Assembly: GCA_049517415.1 (NCBI GenBank)
Contig: JBEKSC010000001.1
Location: 96,001 to 160,000, forward strand
Reading direction: 5' to 3'
Length of the DNA: 64,000 bases
Origin: Candidatus Bathyarchaeia archaeon
Lineage (GTDB): Archaea > Thermoproteota > Bathyarchaeia > 40CM-2-53-6
Positions 55,441 through 64,000 of the stretch are shown here, in pieces (position 1 is the stretch's first letter; the number at the start of each line of letters is the position of its first letter). The notes under the pieces were generated by a model. The model saw only the letters and a program-made list of their open reading frames with translations, had not been told where the DNA came from and did not search any database. The position numbers and the translations under genes were made by a program.

Positions 55441-56697
55441 TTGCACGCATACTCAGCTGATATAGCGATCGTTGGATGTGGGGTAAGCGGAGCAAGTGCA
55501 GCCATCGCCGCCGCGAAGCGCGGCCTCTTCGTATCAATCTTCGAAGAACACGAACAGGTTGGAGAACCTTCTCACTGCTCTGGCCACGTGGGCATTCTCG
55601 CCTTCAAACAATTCGCCCCTGACATGCCAACAAAGATCATAGAGAATGAGATCAAAGGCGCAGTCCTCCACCCACCACACGGAAGGTCCCTAACACTCTA
55701 TAGGTCGAAACCGGTCACATGGGTTCTGAACCGGGCTGAATTTGATAAGCATCTAGCTTCTCTAGCAATTGAAAGCGGGGCGTCCCTTCGGCTTGGTTCC
55801 CGTGTCGAGAGTTTCGAACGTTCTGGAGGAGGAGTTAGGCTCAAGACTGGTGGCCGAAATGCACGAGACTTCTCTTGCAAGATGCTAATTGACGCCAGCG
55901 GTTGTGGGGCATCTATTTCGAAATACGTTGGCCTCGCGAAGCCCGGGAGAGGAATGCTTGTGAATTCAGCCCAGTTTACTGTGGAGAACCTGACTGACGT
56001 AGATGAAGACTTTGTTGAGGTTTATTTCGGGCAAGGCTTTGCGCCTGGTTTCTTTGGTTGGATTATACCCCGCCGCAATGGATCGGCCAAGGTTGGGATA
56101 GCAGCCGGCGGGCGTGCTAACGTTCGGGAATGCTTCAACCGCTTCATTCACAGGCACCGTGTCGTATCAGTGAAGCTCAAACACGCGAAACCTACAACTG
56201 CCCCTATGTACCACCCCATCCCCGTAGGCGGCGCGGGAAGCCGCACGTACGCTGACAACATACTAACTGTGGGAGACGCGGCATCGCAGGTTAAGCCAAC
56301 GACGGGGGGTGGCATCGTGTTTGGCCTAGCCTGCGGACGGATTGCTGGTGAAACCTCTGCAGGAGCCGTAGAAGAAGGAGACGTGTCTGCGTCTAACCTT
56401 AGAACCTATGAGAACACGTGGCGGCGATTAATAGGGCTGGACCTAACCGCCATGTCGTGGCTCCGTAGGCTGCTCTACAGATTACCCGATCAGCAGTTAA
56501 ACCGCATCTTTAGAATTTCAGCGGAGTTGAGGGCGGATGACATTCTCAACAGAACGGCGGACATTGACTTCCAAGGCAGAACTTTACTTTCTTTGGCTCG
56601 GGACCCGCGCCTCTTCATAACCCTCGTTTCAGCATCCGTCCTTTCAGTTCCCTCACTAATTGGGAAGGGGTCTACCAAAGGAAGCCATAGCGCCTAA
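55441..56697 (+). CDS. Geranylgeranyl reductase family flavoprotein
   Basis: GCGVSG, PGFFGWIIP, GDAASQVKPTTGGGI. Confidence 0.9.
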   Translation: MHAYSADIAIVGCGVSGASAAIAAAKRGLFVSIFEEHEQVGEPSHCSGHVGILAFKQFAPDMPTKIIENEIKGAVLHPPHGRSLTLYRSKPVTWVLNRAEFDKHLASLAIESGASLRLGSRVESFERSGGGVRLKTGGRNARDFSCKMLIDASGCGASISKYVGLAKPGRGMLVNSAQFTVENLTDVDEDFVEVYFGQGFAPGFFGWIIPRRNGSAKVGIAAGGRANVRECFNRFIHRHRVVSVKLKHAKPTTAPMYHPIPVGGAGSRTYADNILTVGDAASQVKPTTGGGIVFGLACGRIAGETSAGAVEEGDVSASNLRTYENTWRRLIGLDLTAMSWLRRLLYRLPDQQLNRIFRISAELRADDILNRTADIDFQGRTLLSLARDPRLFITLVSASVLSVPSLIGKGSTKGSHSA

Positions 56698-56806
56698 TCT
56701 CCTCAATGCGCATTCGATGTCAATGTTGTGCTTCGATTCCATAGAAAAGGTTCAACACCTATTCTCAGCGAAAATAACGATGCTTCTTTAGCCCGTAACT
56801 TTCTGG

Positions 56807-57784
56807 TTAGGATTTGGCCAATTCTTTGAGGGCTTCTGTAAAGGCTGGGATTATCTGGTACAGGTCGGCCACGATGCCGTAGTCGCTGAACTCGAAAATC
56901 GGAGCCTTCGGATCATTGTTCACGGCAACTATGATTCTGCTGTTTCTTATTCCTGTCAAGTGCTGTATTTGCCCTGAAATTCCGAAGGCAAAGTATAGTT
57001 TCGGACTAACTTTCTGGCCGGAAAGGCCTATGTATTGCCCCTCGGGGAGCCACCCTAAATCTTCAGCAATTGGCCGGGAACAACCAACGACACCACCGAC
57101 TGTTTGAGCGAACTGCTCGATTAACGCCATGTCCTCTTTCTTGCGTACTCCGCGCCCAAACGATACAATCACGGAAGCATCAACAAGCTTCACATCTCTT
57201 GCGGGTTTCGGCTTAGTCTCGATGAGTTTTGTGCTTGGAGCTTTGATCTTTGGTTCAACCTTGATAACTTCCCCTTTGCGCGAAGCATCAGGAGCTATCG
57301 GGGAGAATAAGCCCTTTGGAATTGTTGCAATTTGTGGTTTCGACCTTGATATTTGCGTCTCCACTAAATTGCCACCCAGAGTAACTCTGTCCATGAGTAC
57401 ATAGTTCTTCTCGGCGTCTGGTTCTAATCTAGTTGCTTCGGTTACGCAACCAGTCTTCAACCGCTCAGCTAGTCGGGGTGCCAACTCTAGTCCGCTTCGA
57501 GTTGCGCCTATGAGTAGAATGTCAGGTTTGCGTTCGGTGACGAGCGCGGCAAGGGCATCGGTATATGTGTCAACATGAAAGGTCTTCAACGCGGGGTCTG
57601 GAATTGAGAGGACCTTGTCAGCGCCATTCTGAATGAACCTTTGGGCGTCTTCGCCGACTGCTGTCGACACAACGGTTACGTCGGTTCCGAGTTGGTCTGC
57701 GAGGCTTCTTCCTTTTCCTAAGAGTTCGAGTGTTAACTGCGATAACTCTGAGAACACCCAAACGCCTTTGTCTTCTTGCGCCAT
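56807..57784 (-). CDS. etfA: Electron transfer flavoprotein alpha subunit
   Basis: Start MAQEDK; GRG, GCSRP, IGLSG..V.P, GISGQIQHLTG. Confidence 0.94.
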   Translation of the reverse strand: MAQEDKGVWVFSELSQLTLELLGKGRSLADQLGTDVTVVSTAVGEDAQRFIQNGADKVLSIPDPALKTFHVDTYTDALAALVTERKPDILLIGATRSGLELAPRLAERLKTGCVTEATRLEPDAEKNYVLMDRVTLGGNLVETQISRSKPQIATIPKGLFSPIAPDASRKGEVIKVEPKIKAPSTKLIETKPKPARDVKLVDASVIVSFGRGVRKKEDMALIEQFAQTVGGVVGCSRPIAEDLGWLPEGQYIGLSGQKVSPKLYFAFGISGQIQHLTGIRNSRIIVAVNNDPKAPIFEFSDYGIVADLYQIIPAFTEALKELAKS

Positions 57785-57786
57785 GC

Positions 57787-58581
57787 TTAGTTCGCCTTTA
57801 GGACTCCTTCTTGGAGTAGAGCCTTGACAAGTTTCGGCCCAATTTCTTTCGCTTCTCCTTGAAGCATGATGCGCTTTCTTTCTCCCACGGAAACAGTGCT
57901 CCGTAAGACTTCGACAAGTGAGCCGTTGAAGCCTAGCTCGTCCGCGCCAAGGCTGAGGTCTTCGGCAGACCAAATGTTTGTGGGCCTCTTGGAGGCGGCC
58001 ATTATCGCCATCAGCGTGGGAAGCCGCGGTTCATTAATCTCCCTCACAACACTGATCAAGCATGGGAGTGTGCCCTCTACAATTTGACGTTCGTTCTCTA
58101 GATCTCTTTCGACAACAACTTTCCCTGTTTCGAGGGCGATTTTTGCGGCATAGGTAATTTGGGGAAGGTTGCACATCTCCGCAAGTCTTGCTCCGATTTG
58201 GAACGCGAAGAGATCCTCTGAGTATGCTCCACAGAGGATTAAGTCGTAATCAAGTATCTTAGTGACTGCAGCGGCCAAGACGTTGGCGGTTGCATGGGCG
58301 TCGGATCCTTCAAAGAGCGGGTCGGTTAGAAGACAGGCTTCGTCGGCGCCCATCGCCAAGGCTTCCCTTAGTGCCTCTTTCGCTTCGGGCGGACCGAGGC
58401 TTACTACGGTAATTTTTCCGCCGTGTTTCTCTTTAATCCTGACTGCTTCCTCAATGGCGTTCTTGTCGGTTTCACTAATGACCCGAGGAACACCTTGAGT
58501 AATCATGGTCTTGGTGTTCTTGTCAACCTTCAGCTCTGCAGTTTGAAGAACCTGTTTTACGAGTACGATGATGTTTACCAT
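57787..58581 (-). CDS. etfB: Electron transfer flavoprotein beta subunit
   Basis: VLVKQV, DKNAIEEA, ALAMGAD, INEPRLP. Confidence 0.94.
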   Translation of the reverse strand: MVNIIVLVKQVLQTAELKVDKNTKTMITQGVPRVISETDKNAIEEAVRIKEKHGGKITVVSLGPPEAKEALREALAMGADEACLLTDPLFEGSDAHATANVLAAAVTKILDYDLILCGAYSEDLFAFQIGARLAEMCNLPQITYAAKIALETGKVVVERDLENERQIVEGTLPCLISVVREINEPRLPTLMAIMAASKRPTNIWSAEDLSLGADELGFNGSLVEVLRSTVSVGERKRIMLQGEAKEIGPKLVKALLQEGVLKAN

Positions 58582-58633
58582 CGCCAATCACTGGATAACC
58601 TGGCTTCCCTCAATTTCCTATCGGATTAAAAGG

Positions 58634-60667
58634 TTAGGAAGAATCGATTTGGCCTGCAACAAGTTCGGCGATATCCCGAACCGCTACCGACCCCTTTGTC
58701 CCTAGGGCAACCGACGCGTCTTCGAGCATCGAGGTGCAGAAGGGGCAGGCAGTTACTAATGTGCCAACGTTAGTTTGTTGTGCTTCCTCGAAACGTATCA
58801 CGCCTATTTTCTTCTTTTGCTCTACTTTATACCAGAAGTTCGCTCCTCCCGCGCCACAGCAGAAACTGGCCTCGCGGGACCTAGGCATCTCCCTAATCCC
58901 TTCTGGGCTGAGAGAGGTTAGGATTTCTCTAGGTGAATCATAGACGCCATTGTACCTCCCCAAGTAGCATGGGTCATGAAACGTAACGTTCCCCTGCAAC
59001 CCTTTCTTGAGCTTCAACTTTCCAACAGCGATGAGTTGAGCGATGAGCTGTGAGTGGTGCATAACTTGTAAGTCAGCGCCGAATTGTGGATATTCGTTCC
59101 TGAAGGTGTTGAAACAATGTGGGCATTGGGTGAGAATTGTTTTGACGTTGTATTTCTTGAATAAGTCGACTAGCTCTATGGCTGCTTGTTGAAAACGCCC
59201 TTCCTCCCCTAGCCTCCGAGCAACCTCGCAGTTACATTTCTCTTCGTTTCCAAGGACTACAAAGCGAATTCCTGCCGCTTTCAATATCTTGACGATAGCT
59301 CTGGATACGTTCTGATTTCTGGGATCATATGACCCTGAGCAGCCAACCCAATATAGGAGGTCAAATTCCGGTTGCTCCTTCACAGTCTTTACATCAAGGC
59401 CTTCCGCCCATTTCATGCGGTCCGATGGTGGCAAGCCGTAGGGGTTGGAAACGTTAGTCAGGTTCGTGAGTAAGTCCCGTTTGCCACGGTCAAGTTTTCC
59501 TTCGCCGACTAAGTGCCGTCTCATGTCGACTATTGCGTCGATGTGATCGATGAGAACAGGGCACTCGCTAACGCACGCCCTGCAGGTTGTGCATGCCCAG
59601 AGTTCCTCGGGGTTCACGACATCGGAGACTGCTGTGGTTCCGCCATCAGTCGTAGTTTGTGTTAGCATCAGGCCTCTGAGCTTCAGTATGAGGTGCATTG
59701 GTGAGAGGAGTGTTCCAGCGGCGGTTGCGGGACAGGCGTTTGTACACCGGCCACATGACGTGCATGAGTCAAATGTTAGCCTCTGTTGCCACGAGAAGTC
59801 AGTGATAGCCGCGACTCCGACTTTGATGTCGAAGTTGCCTGAAGCCAAGAGCTGTTTCAGGTCAAACGGTGTGCCGAGTTGACCGTTCGGTCGCAAGTGC
59901 ACGAAGAGGGCATTAAGAGGCGAAGTGATTAGGTGAAAGAGTTTCGTGTACGGAATGCTCGCAACGGCAGTGAACGCCAGAAGTGCGTGGAACCACCACA
60001 GCCCACGGTAGAAGGGTACGATTCCTTCGGTGTCGAGCCCATGGCTTATCAGCAATAAGGAAAGTTGGTATCCTACGAATGACCACTGCGCCCAAGTTGG
60101 CTTATCAACCGCAAGCCGTATGGCCTCTAACACATACCCTGTTGTCAGGATGACCAAGAGAACTGAAAAAATGTGGATGTCATCCCGGGACGTAGGGAGA
60201 TTCGGTGGCCTAGAGACCGTTCTTCTGAAGATAGCGATTAGCAGGCCCGTTATGGCAACAAGGCCAAAAGCGTCCAAAAAGAGTTCAAAGAATAGGTAGA
60301 AGTTGCCGACCAAGATTTGGCTATGAAAGATGGTCTGCCAAAAGTCGGAATCAATGAACACTAAAGTCGTACCTATCAAAAGGACGATTATTCCAGAGTA
60401 AATGAGAAGGTGCATAATGCCAGGGTATTTCTTCTTCAAAACCTTTCGCTGCATGAACGCGTTTGCTATTGCCTTGAGGGCTCTTTCTTTTAGGTGGTCA
60501 AACCTTGGTGGAGAACTTCCCCTGAAGTAGATTCGCAAGCGCCTGTAGACTCCGTAGAGAAAAACTGCGGCGAACAATGTGAGAATTGAGTACATGAAAA
60601 CAGGCGTCAAGGCGGGCATGAGGTCATAGTTCATGCGGTGGGGTAAATCCAACAGTGGCTCAAGCAA
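58634..60667 (-). CDS. Membrane FeS oxidoreductase (FadF/EMO type: cytochrome b, 2x4Fe-4S, two CCG domains)
   Basis: N-terminal TM domain with His ligands, CTSCGRC...CP, CTTCRAC...CP, HDPCYLGR, CCGAGG, ACPFC. Confidence 0.9.
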   Translation of the reverse strand: MLEPLLDLPHRMNYDLMPALTPVFMYSILTLFAAVFLYGVYRRLRIYFRGSSPPRFDHLKERALKAIANAFMQRKVLKKKYPGIMHLLIYSGIIVLLIGTTLVFIDSDFWQTIFHSQILVGNFYLFFELFLDAFGLVAITGLLIAIFRRTVSRPPNLPTSRDDIHIFSVLLVILTTGYVLEAIRLAVDKPTWAQWSFVGYQLSLLLISHGLDTEGIVPFYRGLWWFHALLAFTAVASIPYTKLFHLITSPLNALFVHLRPNGQLGTPFDLKQLLASGNFDIKVGVAAITDFSWQQRLTFDSCTSCGRCTNACPATAAGTLLSPMHLILKLRGLMLTQTTTDGGTTAVSDVVNPEELWACTTCRACVSECPVLIDHIDAIVDMRRHLVGEGKLDRGKRDLLTNLTNVSNPYGLPPSDRMKWAEGLDVKTVKEQPEFDLLYWVGCSGSYDPRNQNVSRAIVKILKAAGIRFVVLGNEEKCNCEVARRLGEEGRFQQAAIELVDLFKKYNVKTILTQCPHCFNTFRNEYPQFGADLQVMHHSQLIAQLIAVGKLKLKKGLQGNVTFHDPCYLGRYNGVYDSPREILTSLSPEGIREMPRSREASFCCGAGGANFWYKVEQKKKIGVIRFEEAQQTNVGTLVTACPFCTSMLEDASVALGTKGSVAVRDIAELVAGQIDSS

Positions 60668-60801
60668 CGGGATACCACCAGAATGCGACGGCTCTAATAC
60701 TGTTAAAAGAAGTTTCGCGTTTATTGTATGTGCGGTCGTTGAATGCCTTTTACGTAAGTTCCTAGATAGGGCCGCTACGTGAATGGATAGGGAAATAACG
60801 A

Positions 60802-61842
60802 ATGAAGAGCTTGAAAGTCGTTCAATACGGCCTGGGCCCTATTGGAATCGGGATAATTGAAGTTCTTCTTACTCGACCTTGGGTGCAACTCGTTGGGGCC
60901 ATCGACATCGACAGGAACAAAGTTGGAAAAGATGTTGGAGAGCTATTTCAGCAACCGAGGAAAATTGGTATCACGATCAGCGATAAAGCGGAAGACGTCC
61001 TCAAACGGGCTTCGCCACAAATAGTGACCCATGCCACCTCTTCGTACATGAAGACAATTCATCCAGAGATCATTCAGCTCATAGAACACGGGGCAAGTGT
61101 TGTATCGACTGCAGAGGAGTTATCGTATCCGTTTGTCAAGTACCCTGAAATGGCAAAGGAAATTGATGAGCGTGCGGCAGATCGGAAAACTGTGGTCCTT
61201 GGGACCGGCATTAACCCGGGCTTTCTATTGGACACTCTAGCCGTCGCGCTTAGTGGCGTCTGCCAAAAGTTGAATACTATTCGCGCCGAACGCGTCGTGG
61301 ACGCTTCGAAGCGCCGACTCCCATTACAAAGGAAGATCGGAGCGGGATTGTCCCCCGCCGAGTTTGAGAAGAAGGTTGCCGAAGGGACGATCAAACACGT
61401 GGGTTTGCCGGAGTCTGTGGGCCTTATCGCTTTAGCCATGGGTTGGAAGGTAGGGGAAATCCAGGAGAGGATTAGCCCCGTAATCGCAGAAAAGGGGGCC
61501 AAGAGCGATTACATTACGGTCCCAGCAGGTTCCGTCGCTGGAGTTCGCCAAGTCGCAAAAGGTATTCTCGCAGGTCAAGAATTGGTGGTCCTCGACCTAC
61601 GAATGTACCTAGGGGCTGAGAACCCGCATGACTCCGTACTGCTCGACGGCATCCCCCCAGTCGACATGGTCATACGCGGTGGGGTACAAGGAGACAGAGC
61701 GACACCTGCTATCATAGTCAACGCACTCCCGAAAGTCGCTAACCTGCAACCAGGGTTAAGGACAATGCTCGACTTACCTCCAATTCCACCCTGTCAGAGC
61801 CTCCCTGATCAGGATCGGTCAGTAATGCTGAAGACCTTCTAG
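60802..61842 (+). CDS. 2,4-diaminopentanoate dehydrogenase (Ord)-like NAD(P)-dependent amine dehydrogenase
   Basis: YGLGPIG, TAEEL.YP, LGTGINPGF, HVGLPES, GDRAT. Confidence 0.78.
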   Translation: MKSLKVVQYGLGPIGIGIIEVLLTRPWVQLVGAIDIDRNKVGKDVGELFQQPRKIGITISDKAEDVLKRASPQIVTHATSSYMKTIHPEIIQLIEHGASVVSTAEELSYPFVKYPEMAKEIDERAADRKTVVLGTGINPGFLLDTLAVALSGVCQKLNTIRAERVVDASKRRLPLQRKIGAGLSPAEFEKKVAEGTIKHVGLPESVGLIALAMGWKVGEIQERISPVIAEKGAKSDYITVPAGSVAGVRQVAKGILAGQELVVLDLRMYLGAENPHDSVLLDGIPPVDMVIRGGVQGDRATPAIIVNALPKVANLQPGLRTMLDLPPIPPCQSLPDQDRSVMLKTF

Positions 61843-63170
61843 CGGCTCCGCTTTCGGTTATTGCTCTTTACGAATTTCTCCACAGTGGTAGCTAAGTCTC
61901 TAATGTTTTTGTCGGAGTGCGCGTTACTGATCGCTCCATGGAGCATTTCGGGTATGATCATTAAGATCTCGTTATCGAGGAAATGGTTGAAGAGTTTTCT
62001 GGAGAGCTCGTGGTCACTATTAGCAAAACTCTTGGCATCTATTATTGGTGCCTTGTCAGTTAGGTGGATAGCAAAAAGCGAACCTACCCCAGTCGCACGC
62101 GCTGGAAAGGCGTGTTGCTCAAATAGTGTGTTGAGCGCGTCGCGGGTTTGCTTCCCAAGGCGATCAATGTGCTCGTAAACAGGTGAGTGTTGCAAAACGT
62201 TGATTGTTGCGAGGCCTGCGGCCAATGTGATTGCGTTGCCCGCGAAGGTGCCTCCATGGTAAGCATAATCAAGGCCGCTGTATTTCGTGTGATCCATCCT
62301 TTCCATTATATCGCTTCGGCCACAGACCGCACCGATCGGTAGCCCACCTCCGATGACTTTTCCCATTACAGTAACGTCTGGTGTTACGCCGAAGTACCCT
62401 TGAGCGCCAGCTAAGCCAAGTCGGAAACCGGTAATCACCTCATCAAAGATCAGTAAGGTTCCAGTATCATCGCAGTACTCCCTCAATCCTTTTAGAAAAT
62501 CCTTTTCGGCAGGTATCATTCCACCCGCCCCTAGGACAGGCTCCAAGATTACGCAGGCCAATTTCTCCTTGTTAACACGCCTGAGGTAACCATCAAGGTC
62601 GTTGTATGGGACAAGAATAGTATCTTTCTGCGATGCCTGGCTAATACCTCCCGACAAAGGCTGGTCTAGAGGTGGCCGCATCGCTAAGTGTAAAGGATCA
62701 TACGCCCCATGCCAACAACCTTCGAACTTAGCAATCTTCTCTCGTCGGGTGAATGTTCTAGCTAACCTAATCGCGAAGAAGTTTGCTTCGCTACCAGAAC
62801 TCGTGTATCGAACTAGTTCGGCGCTCGGAACGTTTTTGGCTATAGTTTCTGAAAGGGTAACTTCCAACTCGTGCGCGAGTCCAAAATGCCACCCGTTTTC
62901 CGTTTGCGCCTCAATGGCTTGCATGACTACGGGATGTGCGTGCCCAAGAATCATTGCAAAGTGCGTACACCAGTAGTCCGTGAACGCGTTTCCGTCTAGG
63001 TCAATCAGTTTTGCACCGCGGGCCTCTCTGACGAAGAATGGGTAGGGCTCGAAGTATCTATATTTGTATGAAACACCGGCGGGCTCAACCTTCTTGGCAC
63101 GTTCAAACATCGCTCGAGACTTTGGAGTTCGTTTGGCGTATACCGACTCTTTCAGAACGACATCAGACAT
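61839..63170 (-). CDS. Class III aminotransferase (GSA aminomutase-like paralogue)
   Basis: LGHAHP, SGSEA, KFEGCWHG, FDEVITGFR, GKVIGGG; lacks the HemL GGVNSPVR motif. Confidence 0.85.
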   Translation of the reverse strand: MSDVVLKESVYAKRTPKSRAMFERAKKVEPAGVSYKYRYFEPYPFFVREARGAKLIDLDGNAFTDYWCTHFAMILGHAHPVVMQAIEAQTENGWHFGLAHELEVTLSETIAKNVPSAELVRYTSSGSEANFFAIRLARTFTRREKIAKFEGCWHGAYDPLHLAMRPPLDQPLSGGISQASQKDTILVPYNDLDGYLRRVNKEKLACVILEPVLGAGGMIPAEKDFLKGLREYCDDTGTLLIFDEVITGFRLGLAGAQGYFGVTPDVTVMGKVIGGGLPIGAVCGRSDIMERMDHTKYSGLDYAYHGGTFAGNAITLAAGLATINVLQHSPVYEHIDRLGKQTRDALNTLFEQHAFPARATGVGSLFAIHLTDKAPIIDAKSFANSDHELSRKLFNHFLDNEILMIIPEMLHGAISNAHSDKNIRDLATTVEKFVKSNNRKRSR

Positions 63171-63344
63171 GGTTCAGGCACATCGATGTGGATAAATCGA
63201 ACTGAATTTCAGGCTTCCGATTGAGTTGTAACTTTGCTTAGAGCTTGTAATAAGCGGACGGCGAGCTCTTCGAAGGTTGGCAGATACAATAAAGAAATGT
63301 CAAAATGAAAAACAGGTGATGCCTAGACGTTGAGGTTAGATACG

Positions 63345-63458
63345 ATGTATGGCTCAACCTATGTAAGATGTGCATATTGCGGCCAGACAATCCCACGCGT
63401 AACTCCATCCTGCCCATATTGCCAACATAAATTTCTCCTTAAAGGACTTGGGCTCTAA
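63345..63458 (+). CDS. 37-aa zinc-ribbon microprotein
   Basis: MYGSTYVRCAYCGQTIPRVTPSCPYCQHKFLLKGLGL (CxxCG-x9-CPxC). Confidence 0.5.
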   Translation: MYGSTYVRCAYCGQTIPRVTPSCPYCQHKFLLKGLGL

Positions 63459-63557
63459 CGGTAATCTTTCGCTTGAAGTCCCGATTTGACGCGCAGATAC
63501 ACAACAAAAGGGCGGCTTGGATCCTTTGAGCAATGGCTTCTTGGTGCACCCGAGCTA

Positions 63558-64000
63558 TTACTTCTCTTTCGCCGTCAGGGTCACTTCTTTCAGCTCTTCT
63601 AGGTATGCGAGGGCATCCAGAGCGGCCTTACAGCCTTCCCCAGCCGCTGTCACAGCTTGACGGTACTTGAAATCGTGAACGTCTCCTGCGACGAAAACGC
63701 CGTCAACCGAAGTCCTCGTCCCCTCTCCAGTAATTATATAGCCCTTCTCATCCAGTCGCACCTGACCCTCGAAGATCTTGGTGTTGGGTTCAAACCCAAT
63801 TGCTACGAAGACACCATCACAGGCCACGATTGATTGCTCATCCGTCTTGACGTTCTTGAGCCTTACACCTTCGACGCCCTGCTCCCCAAGAACATCGTCG
63901 ATTACCGAATCCCAAACGAATTTGACCTTCTCGTTAGATAAGGCTCGTTTTTGCATAATCTTGCTGGCACGCATCTCACCGCGTCTATGGACAACAATGA
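63558..64000 (-). CDS. trxB: Thioredoxin reductase (3' part; start outside window)
   Basis: VHRR..MRASKIM, GVFVAIG, GVFVAGDV...YRQAVTAAGEG. Confidence 0.95.
   Translation of the reverse strand, partial: IVVHRRGEMRASKIMQKRALSNEKVKFVWDSVIDDVLGEQGVEGVRLKNVKTDEQSIVACDGVFVAIGFEPNTKIFEGQVRLDEKGYIITGEGTRTSVDGVFVAGDVHDFKYRQAVTAAGEGCKAALDALAYLEELKEVTLTAKEK

Noticed and set aside
57785..57973. N-terminal extension of EtfA in the ORF track
   Set aside because: It overlaps etfB; the real start is ATG 57784, 2 nt after the etfB stop.
61839..63170. Calling this gene hemL
   Set aside because: The HemL N-terminal signature is altered and no hem genes are adjacent.
1..64000. Selenocysteine/pyrrolysine read-through, inteins, transposases
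   Set aside because: No conserved gene showed an in-frame stop or unexplained insertion, and no transposase or integrase motifs were recognised.

Overview
Archaeal chromosome window, most likely TACK/Bathyarchaeia-like. This assignment is inferred from the archaeal r-protein set, Spt5/SecE/eIF6/Cdc48/FEN1, multi-intron BHB tRNAs, a CFI-box-CTERM protein and frequent TTG starts. Most of the content is core: leuS(partial)-alaS; the rps19e...rpl12 translation super-operon with an internal ~3.8 kb block in inverted orientation; ppsA; an N-glycan/sugar-nucleotide cluster with two TrmB paralogues; tRNA-modification and repair genes; ef1b-cdc48-GGR; ETF with a membrane FeS oxidoreductase; and trxB(partial). 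An ~8 kb accessory stretch between rpl12 and alaS carries a racemase, a cupin, a four-subunit proline-dehydrogenase-like operon, a LigD phosphoesterase and gene remnants. The best candidates for new biology are non-coding or very small. (1) A 17-aa Leu/Ala-rich leader peptide sits upstream of alaS-leuS, and its end forms mutually exclusive hairpins that sequester the alaS Shine-Dalgarno; this is a candidate dual amino-acid translational attenuator in an archaeon. (2) A three-intron tRNA-Phe gene has an intron at position 8/9 and a 5' leader that can act as a surrogate acceptor strand. (3) A compact multi-stem 5' UTR precedes the proline-dehydrogenase operon. (4) Tandem palindromic operators flank the cdc48 TATA box. 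No CRISPR array, rRNA or intact transposase/integrase was seen. All calls are by eye, without database searches.
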